This document shows, one piece after another, positions 1 through 14,264 of a stretch of 64,000 nt of DNA; within the stretch, counting starts at the first letter, position 1; each line of letters begins with the position of its first letter. Source of the DNA: Chrysomallon squamiferum (taxonomy: Eukaryota; Animalia; Mollusca); assembly GCA_012295275.1 (NCBI GenBank), contig CM022673.1:3906001-3970000 (forward strand). Direction: 5' to 3'. The notes below the pieces were generated by a model that did no database searches, was not told the DNA's origin, and saw nothing but the letters and a program-made list of their open reading frames with translations. The position numbers and the translations under genes are program-made.

Positions 1-371
1 GAATTTAAAGTAAATTATTGTGGTAGTGATACATACGCACTTGCACACAAACACACAAACACATACACACACATACACACACATACAAATCGCTGAGAGT
101 GAAACCAACGCGCGCGCGCGCACACATATACACACACGCACGCACACGCACGCACGCACACACATACACTTATAAGTAATCATACACAAAATAAAATAAC
201 ATACTTTATGACATTAGTTTAAATAGAAACATAAAATCTGAAACTTACGTACAGTAATTTAAGAACGACATGGACAGATAAACTTAAATTATCATTACTA
301 TAGCAGATAAAAAAAAAAAAAAGGCTGTAACTGTAATTAAACTAAAAGCAGTTAGAAAATAAAAAACCTAC

Positions 372-460
372 CTTCCGATAGAACTCTTTGCCGAATGTGC
401 TGCATCTTTCGTAGGCTGTAGAATTTTTCCTTTCAAATTTTCAAAACCGCCAAAAGGCAT
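372..460 (-). CDS. VGLUT: Vesicular glutamate transporter (SLC17A6/7/8 family), first coding exon; gene continues left of the window
   Basis: The reverse complement reads ATG CCT TTT GGC ... GGA AG|gtagg = MPFGGFENLKGKILQPTKDAAHSAKSSIG (89 nt, phase-2 donor). It resembles the vertebrate VGLUT3 N-terminus as I recall it ([30 protein letters not shown]). Only 29 codons are visible. Confidence 0.8.
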
Positions 461-599
461 CTTTGCAAACCGATTAAAACCAATGGATTTGTTTTACTTC
501 TTCCTTTTGGGGGCTTCAGGGTTGTTGGTTGTTTTTATTGTTGTTTGTTTGTTTGTGTGTTTTCTCTGTCACCCGTTTAAAAACTGAACTGTTCTTTGG

Positions 600-1110
600 T
601 GATATACTCGGTGCCCCAGCTACCACAGAACGGCACCCCAATAAAAGAGAAGAATCTATAAACGCGAATGATGATAGCAGCAGTGGTCGATAATTGCCAG
701 ACGTCAGCTTGCACGAGGTGATCGCGCGTGCTCTGAGCGGAAGCAACATTAGTCCACCTGGATGTTCTGGCGACCAATCAGATGATACTTTAGAGTGTGG
801 AATAATTCATGTTCAGTTGCCGAGTACGGCTCTGTGAGCCTATGGAATGGAGGTGGGGAGAACAAGAGTTAGTGCTTGCATTATTAATTGCAGCCCGACT
901 TGAAAGCCAGTTCTAAATCCCCACGAGACCATTAGTAAATTGAATTTCATACCGACAATAGAGAAAAGCGTGGTTGCGAGGAAAAAGCGAACTTATAATT
1001 CACTGAGATGCAATTCTTGTGCTATTTTTCCCTGATCTCCAGCCAACGTACAGGGTAGACGAACAAAGCGGAACGTTGTATCGGTCGATATTGCGTTGGC
1101 AGCAGAAAAA
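600..1110 (-). promoter_or_regulatory. CpG-rich putative promoter/5' region of VGLUT
   Basis: Non-repetitive, CpG-rich stretch just upstream of the ATG. It carries a CRE-like GACGTCAG (700-707), CCAAT (774-778) and several TAATT homeodomain cores. Confidence 0.5.
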
Positions 1111-2267
1111 GAAAATGTAAAAAAAAAAAAAAAAATTATGATAAAAATTTTTAAATATTTTTTTTTTTTTTTTTACTTGTTTATTGTTAACGGTTTTTCA
1201 TCTGAAGAAATGCCAGAAAAACTCCGTTCCCGGGAGTTTTCATCCTGTTAAATGAACTTTGATTTGGAACATTATTGTTCCTTAACATCGCTTTCAGCCT
1301 GCCAGTTGTGTTTGAGCGCAAAGGGAGTTTATCGATATGAGAAACATAAAATAAACTTGCACGCGCAATAATACATCGGGTACAATTATCCGCGAACCTG
1401 CTTACCTTTAAATTGTGTAACCATGGAAAAAGAAAAAGTCCTCTTCTGAATACTGAACACAGTCTTTCGTATTCCAGACACTTCGCTGTATTACACACAT
1501 TAATACTTTCTTCTTTCTTCTTTTTTCTTCTTCTTTTTTTTTTTTCTCATTTATTTTTATTATTTCGTCATCACCGAGTCATTAAAACTTTGTGTCCTCT
1601 CTTTGAAAACACAGTTGATTACTTTTAATTCACTTTTTCACAAATTTAATGAAATACATTTTTATCGTCTTTCATTTATTGTCAGGGATAATTGAGAATA
1701 TATATTTTTTTTTTTTTTTGTCATTTTTATTTTTTTTTTCATTCTGAATATATATCAAATAAAATTCACCTTAAAAGTTGTTTTCATTCTAAAATCTGAA
1801 ATGTTGTAATTTTAATTGAAAAACAGTATGACTTATTGTCACAAATCGCCTTAAGTAAAACGTGTGGATGTCTTTTGATAAATCTCTTTGTGTGTTCTGA
1901 TTAACATAATACAGCATTCCAGTGACGACACGATGATTGTGACATTTTCTAAATGAGTACATCGACTTGACGACGTCAGTGTGAGGCAATCTGAAAAGCG
2001 AAATGAAGGACACGAGGTTACAATACAAAATTCATTACACTGCAGCATCAACGACAGAACAGAGTTCAACAATAATGTCACAGTATAACGCAGGTGTAAT
2101 AAATAAGCAGAGTACATATCAATAATTTAAGGGCGTTATTGCCGTAGGAAAGCTAGAAAGAAAAATGAATAAATCAAAAGAGAAAGAATGAAACAAAAAC
2201 AAAGAAACGAAAAGTATATAATTATGACAACATGAAATATCTGCGACAGATGTACATTTGTTTCAAT

Positions 2268-2480
2268 ATTTTCCGTTCCAACCAGTGCCCCGATTCGGCT
2301 TATCAAAGACTATGGTGTATGTTCCAGACCGTGGGAAGGTTCATGCAAAAGAATCCTAGCTGCTGATCCTAGTATGAAAAGCCTATGAAGTGGAAGCAGT
2401 GGCTTTCCTAACCAAAATCATAATTTTACAAGAAACATGACTGACACCTAATACATGTTAATATAAACATATACTGAAGT
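2268..2480 (+). mobile_element. Degenerate SINE body (Meta/MESC-like core as recalled from molluscan SINEs)
   Basis: The sequence ccgttccaaccagtgccc...tatcaaagactatggtgtatg...gtgggaaggttcatgcaaaagaatcctagctgct resembles a recalled SINE core. Related reverse-complement copies occur at ~12380-12482 and ~57700-57800. Confidence 0.6.
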
Positions 2481-3387
2481 GGTGCCATTCGTTTATTTAT
2501 TCGGTTTAGAAAAACACTAAATGAATTATGCAAACAGATCTATGAGCCGAATTGACGAAATTCCTTTTTCTCATAGGTTGTTTATTTGTTTGTTTGTTTA
2601 TGTTGGTTGTTTGGTTCGTCTTTTTATTTCCTTTTTTTCTTTTCTTTTTGGGGTCTTTTTATTTTATATTATTTTATTTTTTTATTTTTTTATTAATCGA
2701 AGAGCTATAAATCTAATTACACGAAATAAAACAAAGACAGGATTCACAAATTTCGTTCTAGGCTTTCAACGAAACATCCTAATCTTTGAGTTTACGTTAA
2801 AGTTGACACTAATCGTTGCTTTAAAATATTTACACTGTGTAAGTGTCGTGCAAGTGTTTAACTGCTGTGCATCTACTTTAGCCAGTGCTAATAGCTAAAG
2901 TGTGTTTCGCTTATCTGTACAATAGCAGTGGTGGAAAATAGCCTAAGGCTGGCTGATTTTTGCTTGGGTGGATACATCATATTGTCAATAACGCCTAATC
3001 ACTCAGTCATAGAGTCCTCTCGTGGCAGAAACAAAAACAGAAACACGAACGATAACTAGGCGAGTGCGTGCATTCGGGTATTGTTTTAACAGAACGACTG
3101 TCTTGAAAACAGTGCTGCCAAAGACGAAGATATTATTTTCAGTAATGACAAAGAGAGATAATGAAGATGGTGGTCTAGAAAAGAAAAAGTTAAGTGACGA
3201 ATAGACGGTCCAAGACTGTTTGTAATGAGAGTGGAAGTCAACCCAAACTTGTTAAATGTTTACACAAGACAACCATTACCCTCGAAATGTGCTTTACGTC
3301 GTGTAAACGAGACGTAATTTAGTAGTCATCAGAAATGACTCGAATTCATTTGTCTGCAATCAGCCACACATTTCCCGTAATTCTCTT

Positions 3388-3511
<124 letters not shown>

Positions 3512-4209
3512 ATCTGTCTAACCATCTATACAAACACACACGGTTTTTTTTTCTCTCTCTCTCTCTTTAACACTGATTTTCTTCCTTTCTGCGTCCTCTT
3601 AAGTATCTGTGTTTTTGCCTGTTATTTGTTCATAAGAGCAGATTAATAATATATCTAATTAAGTATACACGTATATGTATTTATATATATATGTACGTGT
3701 ATACGAAATGAAAATCTGGATTAATATCCGCTTGGCATCATTAACATTCGTCAAAAGTAATCAGTTGAAGAGGGATAACTCTAAACTGACTTGCCAATTA
3801 GTTATCGATTACTGAAACAGAAGAAAATTAACACGTCTTCTTAAACGATATTATCACGAAGTGATAAATCACAAAATGATCAAATAAAAAACAAAATAAT
3901 TGGCTCATTTAATATCATGTTTTATGCTGAAAAAAGCGACTTTTATCAGGTGATAATATTGACAAATGACTTGCGGGTCCAAGTGAAACTAATCTGAATA
4001 CGTAAAACTTGTAATGCTACGAATGACTGACTAATTGCATAAATGAATGAACGAGCGAATCAGCGAGTGTTTGTTTTATGACATCTCTTTTCCGGGTAAT
4101 CTCAACTGTAATTAGGGGCGTCAGATGTTTAGATTTTATTTAATAACATTAACAGACCGGTTTAAAACTCTCTGGCAGAACTATCTATTAGCGGAAAATC
4201 ATTTTTAAT

Positions 4210-4490
4210 AAATAAATAAATAAATAATAATATCAACAAAAATAATAATAATAATAATAATAATAATATAAAGCAATAATAATAATAACAGTAATAGTAA
4301 TAATAATTATAGCAATAATTAATAATAATAGTAATATTAATAATAACAAAAAATAATAATAGCAATAATAATAATAGTAGTAATAATAACAATAACAATA
4401 ATAATAATAATAATAGCAATAATATTAATATGAGTAATAATAATAATAATTATAATAGTAATAATAATAACAATAATAATAATATTAATG
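4210..4490. repeat. (AAT)n-rich low-complexity tract
   Basis: Read directly from the sequence. Confidence 0.9.
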
Positions 4491-5101
4491 ACAACTTCTC
4501 AAAATCACGTAACACGACATTTGATCAAACTAGACGTGGTATACTGACTGAAATGGGAATGAAGACAATGTGTAACATGACGAGATTAGAACCTACGACC
4601 ATCCACATCTCGGCATCTCTACCATTCGGTACAAGCCTGCTCCAACAACATGTAATGTGACAAAACAAAAATCGATTAGAACAATGTGTGTGGGTGTCAT
4701 CTTTTTTTTTTTTTTTTTTGCGTTATAATTGTACTAGTCATGTAAATGCATAATATTGTTAAAGGTTAAACAATTAAATTAAAAAAATAAATTAAATTTT
4801 TAAAAAAGTCACAATATGAAAAGGAGGAAGTTTTTATTACCAGAATTTAATAATGGGTTTTAAACTTTCACTGCAAATCCCACAGAGTATATTCAGAGCA
4901 GTTATCTGTAATTTCAGTTTGCAAACTAATTCTGATGGTGAATGATCTGATAGAATATTGTTATTGAAATCCACCACTGCATAATATATGAAAAGTTTTT
5001 TTTTTTTTTTTTTTAATTGTGGTTGTAGTCTATAATAAATAATACATGTAATGTCTAAATATATTAAAAAAAAAATAATATTTCATAATCGGCACCAAAT
5101 T

Positions 5102-5102
<1 letters not shown>

Positions 5103-5192
<90 letters not shown>
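5103..5192. repeat. (GA)n microsatellite
   Basis: Read directly from the sequence. Confidence 0.95.
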
Positions 5193-5195
<3 letters not shown>

Positions 5196-5879
5196 AAACT
5201 GACAGACGGATAGACAGATAAACAAGATAAACAGGCAGGCAGACTGAAAGCGAGATATTTTATTTTATTTTATTTTATCAGTAAAATTAAGGAAAAAGTA
5301 AAGTAAATCTTTTAGAACATCTGCAGGACGACCAATGAAAATCCCAACTAATAACAAACAAACAAACACAAATTTGTACAGAAGTGTCGTTAATTACCAT
5401 TATACAAATAAAACAATACTTAATCTAAACTTACAGGCTCGATATAACAGTACTTAAAATAAATTACAGGGAGTGGGACAAAATGAGAGAGAGAAAAAAA
5501 ACAAAAAAAAAACAAACAAACTACAAAATGAAACTGAAAATTATCGGATGTGCTCAAATCAATCATGGCTACCGGGCCGCGCGATTAACCGGTAAGTACA
5601 ACAACGACCCTGGCACACTCGTTCGCGTGCAGAACGGCAGTGAGTGAAACTGCGGCCGAAAATAACCGTGGACTTGTGTAATTACCGTTATAGCGATTAC
5701 TAATTAAACAGTCCTCTGCACAAGGCTGGCTGCAGTTGAAAACTAATTTCACCACTCCTGTACACTAACTAGAATTTTATTTATACTCACGCCTATCCTT
5801 AATACAATGTACACGTACTCAATTTTAATTCAGTAAACCTATTAAAAAAATAATAATAATAAAATAAAAAAGACCAGTA

Positions 5880-6112
5880 GAGTAAAGTTTCCGTTGATAG
5901 CTAATAATTATGATGTATTTAACTAAAGCATCAAAATGGTGAAACAACTGTTAGAAATTCTAATGTTAACTGTTAACATAGACTATCTCGAAGCAAGTCA
6001 GTACAGCTTCCTTTGATAGCTAACGGTTGTGATGTATTTAACTAAAGCACCAGTGAAACACTTGTTATAAAAATATTTCAATTAACGGTTAACACAAATT
6101 ACCTGTAAGCAA
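5880..6112. repeat. Diverged ~120-bp tandem duplication
   Basis: ttgatagctaa...tgatgtatttaactaaagca occurs at ~5894 and ~6013. Confidence 0.75.
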
Positions 6113-6554
6113 AATATTTTTAAAATGGGGATGAAAGAAAAAAATAAATCTACAATAATTTTAGTGAAATGGAGTAGAAAGGTACTCATAAACGTAAAAA
6201 TAATTATTCAGGTCGTAAATAAATTGGTGTTGATGATGATGATGATGATGACGATGATTATGATGATATGATAATGATAATGGGATGATAACCATAATGA
6301 TGAGGACTGAATAGATCATAATGAAATAATTGTTGATGATAGTGATGATTATCGTGATCATTAACAAGATGATGATGGTGATGATGACAGTTACAACGCT
6401 GACGACGATGTTAATTATGGCGATTATAATTTTTTCTCTGTTACTCAGCTTACTTCGTGAAACACATTAATATTTAATTATTTCCCTATCCATGCATGAT
6501 TGGCTGATTTCACTCACAATAACAATGTATATGCTGGGTCAACTGTCAGCATAA

Positions 6555-6680
6555 TCTTTGTTTATTTTGTTAAACAATAACACAAGAGTGCATTGATTCA
6601 TTTTCTATCGTCAGTTATTGGATGTCGAGAATTTCTAACATTAACAGCAAGCGTGTTTTTATATGCGTGTCTAAACCTGT
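6555..6680 (-). mobile_element. Degenerate SINE 3' fragment
   Basis: tttgttaaacaataacacaagagtgcattgattcat...cagttattggatgtc...aacagcaagcgtgttttt resembles the reverse complement of a recalled gastropod SINE tail plus core. Confidence 0.4.
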
Positions 6681-7187
6681 GACCTTTGACAATAATAACG
6701 TGTTGAATCAAGAAATTGTCAAAACTGGTACCAATGAGTTTTGATCTTACAACCCTTTAGCCTTTCAGTAAAGCTGTCTACCCTTCAAGCTACACTCCTG
6801 ATTTCCAGCAAAATATTACTGCACTGAAGTAAGAGATTCCGACAAATTTCAAATTTAAGGCTTTCGTCTGGAAGAGTCGTTTAAGATAAACAGTATATGA
6901 ACTGTTTTAACCTGTTTTTAAGTTTCAGTGTCGCTATACACAAACAGAACATCGCAGATGAGTTACAGGTTGTCTTGTTACTGAGGTACTGGTTTTCTAG
7001 AACGAATATTTCTGCTTGAGTTTTCTCTAGCGCTGCAAACAATCTTTTGAACTCCAAGCCTTAAGGTATATAAGTTTTGAGAAAAAAAAAAAGAAAAAAA
7101 AAAGTTTTTCTTTTTAGTGTTTCAGTATTGGATAAGACGGTATGAAACTAACCAGAGGGCTCCTATTGTTTACTTAATTGACTTTAG

Positions 7188-7219
<32 letters not shown>

Positions 7220-7531
7220 CTTTAACAAGAAATTGTTTGTTTTTTTCCCCGTGACTTTCACATTTGCATTTCTCCCTCTTTATCTGTCTCTAGCTTTCTT
7301 TTGTTAGTTTTTATTTATTTATTTATTTATTATTGTTGTTGTTGTTGTTTGTTTGTTTGTTGTTGTTGTTTTTGTTGTTTGCTTGTTATTTTGTTGTTGT
7401 TTTTTTTAAATTTATTTTTCATTTTCTCTGAATTTATTTTCATATATATATATGTATGTAGCACATAAACACAAACCACACACCAACAAGCTTGCACACA
7501 TTCATAAATACAAAAACTTTATATCCTTTTA

Positions 7532-7534
<3 letters not shown>

Positions 7535-7628
<94 letters not shown>
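7535..7628. repeat. (CT)n microsatellite
   Basis: Read directly from the sequence. Confidence 0.95.
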
Positions 7629-7630
<2 letters not shown>

Positions 7631-8905
7631 CAACTCGTCAGGTGTGTCAGTGAACAAGTTTAAACCATTTCAGTACATTTCACAAAATACCAGCCTGGGT
7701 TCTTTGTGACTGGGTTCTCGTTCACAAAGAAAGGTCGCTAACGTCGTCACATTGTTTAGTGTACGTTTCCAATACACGGACAACAGGTGTTCAGTCTAAA
7801 CACGTTACTGTTTAAATCAATTATTCAACGGTTTATATTCCGTAGAAGATTCTAACATATCTATACTATTTATGTACTTCAGAAGTATAGCATTTCTGTT
7901 CAGTCTAGTGTCAGACTGTTGACGGTTAGTAAAGAAAGAAGAGAGACTGAAGTATACTTTACGTCATAAATAGAAACCGTTAATAGGATTCGATCCCAGT
8001 TATAGGTAATCGTAACCATGATGAGACTGATGCTGAATAATAAATGGAGTGAATGAATAGAGAGTTTGTTACTTTAACTATTTAGATGTCGTTGATGAAG
8101 GTGGTGATGGGGACTTTTATGTTAATTAGTTACAATTTATAATTAGTCGCAGTATCATCATATCATAACACTGATAGTAGAAGCATTCATAATCTACTTG
8201 TAGAGTGACATTCGTCGTGGTAGCAGCAGAAACAGTGGAATTGGAGGTAGTAGTTGGAGTAGTGGTCATAGAAGTCATATTTGTAGTAGTTGTGATAGCG
8301 GCTGCAGTTGTGTTGGTGGTAGTGTTCGCAGCAACAGGAGGATCTAGTTGAAGCAGCTGCAGCAGTAGTAGTAGTAGTAGTAGTAATTTAATAGTTGTAG
8401 CATCATCAGCAATGATACTAGTAGTTGTAGTCGTGGTAATAGTAACCATAATAAAATAAATAATAGTTAACAGTAGCTTAAGAAATAGTTTTAAATATAT
8501 TTTAATACTCATTTTCTTTTATGTTGTAATTATATTTTTAGTACAATATAAATGTCACGTAAAAGTGAAAATAATCGTAAATTTCGATTATACGTTGTGT
8601 GTGTATCATGTTATATCGTGACGAATTCGCGAAGCGAAATTTTATAGGTTTATTTAATTACATCGTTAACGATTGTTTATTAACTAAGAAAACTGTACTA
8701 AGCAGTCTGTGGCGAGGAAAGCAATTTTAAAAACCTGTTTTATTTAGTAAATATCACTTATTTTCAATTATTTACGTTCAGGATATTCCGTTAGAAAGCG
8801 TATTTTACGTTTTTCGTGTCAGTAAATAAATATATTTCTGTCCGTAAGAAGATTTAGTTTATTAAATATGTGTTCATACGCAAAAGTATATGTATGTGTG
8901 AGTGT

Positions 8906-8987
<82 letters not shown>
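8906..8987. repeat. (GT)n-(GA)n microsatellite
   Basis: Read directly from the sequence. Confidence 0.95.
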
Positions 8988-8993
<6 letters not shown>

Positions 8994-10884
8994 TATAGTT
9001 TTTTAAACTTAATTTTATTTTAATCTACACATATATTACACGGATGAGGATTTATAACGTGTTTTGTATCATTTAGTTTTAATAAATGTTGACACAAAAT
9101 CAAATGAGATACAAAACAAATTCATGTGGGCACATACGAAATACTCTTAAAAACAAATGTTTCAGTAGAAAGAAAGCATTCTTATTATTGCTCACATGTA
9201 TTTGTTTTTAAACTGTATGTATTAATTTTATTGTCGAATTCTAAAACAATAACGGAGTTATATCCTTTTTCTCATTTTCGAAATGAATTTGAGAAATAAC
9301 AATAATAAACAAATATTGCTTTTCAAAAGCATGTATTCTCTTTATTGTTGTATGTAATAAAAAACTTATTAACTAACATCTATCTATCCTACTGTAGTCC
9401 GTGGTTTCTAACTACAAACATACAGTTTTATTTTATAATCAGTCTGTTTATTTTATGTTTTGAAAATTTAAAAGCTTTTTTTTTCTTTTTTCTAAAATAT
9501 CACTGTGGCTGACGTTTTGAAATGCATAATATTAATAAAATAGAGTTTTTGAATTTTTTTTAATAATTTTTTTATAAATATATCTGTTCATATATTGACC
9601 TTTTATTTCAAAATGATTTCACTAGTATAATAAACACTGGGGGAAGAAAAATGAATGAATCTATTCATTTATTTAATTGAGCTTGTCTCTTTTAAGTTTT
9701 TTTTTTGTTGTTATTCCAGACTACACGATGGTCATTTGCTTTTTAAAAACGGATCTATTAATTTTGTTGTTTTTCTTATTACTGATGTACTGTTCTTTAT
9801 TCAGCACAGTGTGACTCTAAACCACGAACCCGGACAAATAAACACAACGTTAATTGCTGGTTTTACAAATATGTAACTAACTCTCAGTAAAACGCCGTCA
9901 TTATTTGCCAGTTTTATATGTGTCGGAAGCTTTCAGTTATTTTTAATATTTTGTTTCATCAACATTACAGCTATGTCAATAACACCACAGGCACACAGTG
10001 TTCAAACACATACACTACGACAGCGGCATCAGCGCATGATGTCGCTGGTTAGCGATGATGACAAAGAGATGAACGGTTTCGTAAAGACTCGCAGGTCGTC
10101 TTTTTGTTTTTGGCCATTTGCTTGTATTTTGTGTGCGCTAATTATCTCTTGTATTATTTAAATCAGTGTTGTTACTGTGTTATTGATTTGGATATATACT
10201 ATTCTGAAAGCGAACGTACGATCGATTCCAGCAGAACAATAGATCGTGTACTGATTTACCGTACACTTCATTAATATATGCGCTTTTAACCTTTTCCTTT
10301 GTTAAATTATCTCTTTATTTCTTTTTTTTATTATTATTATTCTTTCTTTCTATTTTCTTTATTCTTTCTTTCTATCTTTTTTTGTTTTTGTTTTTTCGAT
10401 AAAATTGATGATGTTAAATTTTCATTATGACAAACGGATTACAATAAAATGTTTATTATTTATATTCAAGCATGCTTATCGTGGGCACAAACCATGACAT
10501 CCCCGGTCATTATACATTCATGAATTACTTACGTTACTAAAGAAAAATCGACAAATGTTTATAGTATAGACTTTTCAAAACTTAATGTAAATTTTATAAT
10601 TTAATTGCTATAAATATAGCATGTTCAAATTGGCTGTACCAACTTTTATTTAATATTTTCTGTCATTCAGTTGAAACTGAATCAAATTAAACTGATTGCT
10701 TACTCAGAATAGAAGTAATTTGGGGAGCGGCAACAAACACTTATTTAAAACGAAATGACGGAACATGACAAATAAGTGAATATGCATTGCTATAAAATTA
10801 CTGTACATAAAAGTGACAAAGAGAGAGAGTCACAGAGAGAGGAGAATAAGCAAGAAAGAAGAGTAAAAGAGAGAGGGGAAATAA

Positions 10885-11006
<122 letters not shown>

Positions 11007-12379
11007 CACACGGACGCAGACACATATACATTCTATTGCTACTCTTCTCAAACAGTTATTTCCAATCAAAATAATTAAATCAAAGAAATTAATTGAAATA
11101 GCTCTGGCAGTAATTGTGTTATTTCGTAGGCAGCGGGCATTTTTCGTTCTCAAAACTAACATGTATTCATAGCCGAAGTCTTAAACTGTTTATCTTAGAA
11201 TAACGAAATGTAGTAATTATTTATTCTTTTTTACTTTCAGATTTGTTTAAACCATACTCGCAAAAGTCGTCACTGTTGTAAGCTGGAGTATGTATGATGG
11301 AACTGAAGATTAGTTTGTATATGTATATTGTTGTCATGCATGATGACCGTGATTTTGCAGATTCCTGTTATACACGCTGTAACATGTCTGCTGCTGAACC
11401 GACTCTTACATCATTAATGTCCTCTAATTCAATGGCGTCTTTTCGACCATCGGGTTTTAAATGTCAAACGTTTAGTGATCAAAGATCACCAGATGTTTGG
11501 CGCATCTAACAACCGCTTGAGATTCAGTCTCCTGACAAACAGGCGGAATCAAACAGACACAAGCCATGCGAATTATCCAGCTTCTGAAACATTGCACAAA
11601 GAAAGGCATATATTTAATAAAGGTTTTGTTCTGAATTTTATTGAAAATCCAAGCCACGTACTTTAAACATTTTTCCATTAGCGGTGAACATTTCCCTTCA
11701 GAAGTTCGACACATCGCACGGTCTTCACTGTGTTACAGATCGACGTGGAAAGAATCCCAAAGGCAACAGACAACATCTGACCTTGATCATCACTTATCGT
11801 GAACCCAGAACCCAGTCAGAGTTGAGTAAACCACTGAAACTAAGTGGATGCTGCGCTGCAGATGTAAGTGGATGGATGTGTCAATGTAGGTAACATTTAG
11901 GATATTTACTACAAAAAAATAAAAAATTAAATTAAAAAAAAAAAGAGAGAGAGAAAAAAAGTCCTGATGTGGACACGTAATTTCTGAAACTACCAGAATT
12001 ATTTGCAAGACACAAAAACTACGTTGACGCAACATCAGATATCCGTGATTAGTTTTGAAAAGATTCTGTTTGGCACGTTGCCTTGTTCTGTGATTACAGG
12101 TCTGTTGCCTCTGAATGCAAGCAATTTGTTTTGGCCACCCCGTTCAGAACGCGACCTTATTGCAAGAGTGGTCCGAAATGTGTTTCTATTTCTGGCGTGT
12201 TGTCATGTAAGTTAATCTGCATTTGTAGGGGAAAATATAAAATGCTGATATTGAAATAAATTAACTGTGATATTTTTTAAAACTGTTGTAACATGTCTAC
12301 TGGTTTGATTTTGGAATACAATTAATAAAAATGAGGGAATAAACATATATTGACGAATATGAGAAGAAACCTGTTCTGC

Positions 12380-12482
12380 AATTTCACGAGTTACTCTTAA
12401 AGATTAGCAAGATGGGATCCTTTATTTTTACCTACCTATAGATCAGAACACATTTACTACAGCGTTTGGTAAACCAGTACTA
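12380..12482 (-). mobile_element. Degenerate SINE core, reverse orientation
   Basis: ttactcttaaagattagcaagatgggatcctttatt...cagcgtttggtaaaccagt is similar to the reverse complement of the core at 2268-2480. Confidence 0.45.
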
Positions 12483-13066
12483 GACAAAAAGAAAAAATGG
12501 ATGAATAATGAAAATAATGCAATCATCAGTACTTAAACATACACAAACACACATATATTGATTTAGGAACGTGCAAATAAATGTATAATTATATATGCAC
12601 TGATCCAGTGCAAGATATATTCGTTAACAAAAAATAAGCAGCGTAAATAAAACATATATTACCACCCATTTAAAACTATAATCAATTATACATATGCACG
12701 CTCAAGTAAACTCACAAATTTTTGTTTCAGCCGTTGTACTCAAAATAGATTCAATGCGTAAAAGAAAACAAACAAATAAAATAATAATAATAATAAAAAC
12801 TATTTGATTTTAAGTGCTTCCTGGAAAATGATCGATTAAAGTAGAATAGTTTTTTTTTATTCAGGAACAAGATCGTTTTAATAAAATGAAGTATTGGATA
12901 AGCAGAAAAAAAAAAAAAAAAAAGATAAACAATATAAATCTTATTGAAGATAACTGAATCTTATGTATGTAAATATATCTTAAAATATTTTGTATGGTAT
13001 TTTTCTATCAGATATATATATGTTACTATATTATAAAATGAAAGAGTTTTGTCTGCAAAAATGGGA

Positions 13067-13113
<47 letters not shown>

Positions 13114-14264
13114 CACATTATTGTTAGTAGTATTAGTATTAGTATTATTAAACATACATATATTTATATATTTATAACTTTTCTAATGGATAGCCATACA
13201 TTAAGAAACTTCCGTGTTATGTTTGTACATCTATATGATTTTATAAACTGATTTTTTGTGAGATATGCACTTGCTATGAAACGAACTCGTTGTCGACGTG
13301 ATATTAAATTTCAAGTATAAATGAATTATTTACACTCGCTAAGAGACTTTCATGGTTTCTCCGACGATATATAGGTTTATTTTTTCTTGGCGGTATTAAT
13401 AAAACATACTGAGATATTCAAATATGAATATTTCTAGGTGTATTACGTCATTAATTGAAATCATTTTTTGCCCGGAACAAAATAAACACGATAGCAACAA
13501 AATCCGATTGTACAGTTCTTATTAATAGAAATTGCTAGAACTACCATCTCTGTATCAACGAAAAAAGAAAAAAAAAAAAAAAATGTTATTTCATATTAGT
13601 TTCTTTTATATCTCCACATCATACGACGATTTCAGTCTTGTAAAGTATTATTCAGCTACAATTTATCAATGAAACACAATCATACATGGCATTAATTTCC
13701 CCAAACTCTTTACAGCTGCATAAACATTAACGATGTTTCTGATGGCATTTTCAAACGGGACATTCTAGAATACTGGTAACAATAATATTTCGTACTGGGC
13801 CCCAGGGACCCGGGTTTTTCTCCTCCCCACATTAACATACCATGTTGTGGTCTCCGTGGACAGGAAGACAGACTTATTGTCTGTAGTCGGAGCTTTTACA
13901 GAAGAGTTGTAAATGTAATACTGAATTTTACGTCAGTAAAATATGATTAAGAGTGTTACTGTGTTCACTGTCTTGTGGCGACCATCTTTGTGGAGTGCGT
14001 GGGTTTGAATTCTTGTAGAAACTTCCGTTAGTAAATGTAACTTCACTTGGGTAATCGAGATTTCGAGAAACTGTGTTCTATGGGTGCTTGCGAGACATTA
14101 AAAATAAAAAAAAATAAAAAAAGTGGATACAGAGCCGGATTTAAATGTGGTGAGGCTCTAAATTATAAAACGTTTTAGAGTCCATATTTAACAAGTAATA
14201 ACAGAGAATAATGCTTTGTTAAAACTGAAATTCATTAGCTTCTCTAGCTTGATATATTAACATT

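Noticed and set aside
12067-12095. TTTGGCAC resembling the miR-96/182 5' end
   Set aside because: The match stops after 8 nt and no hairpin partner is visible. It lies in a putative intron end.
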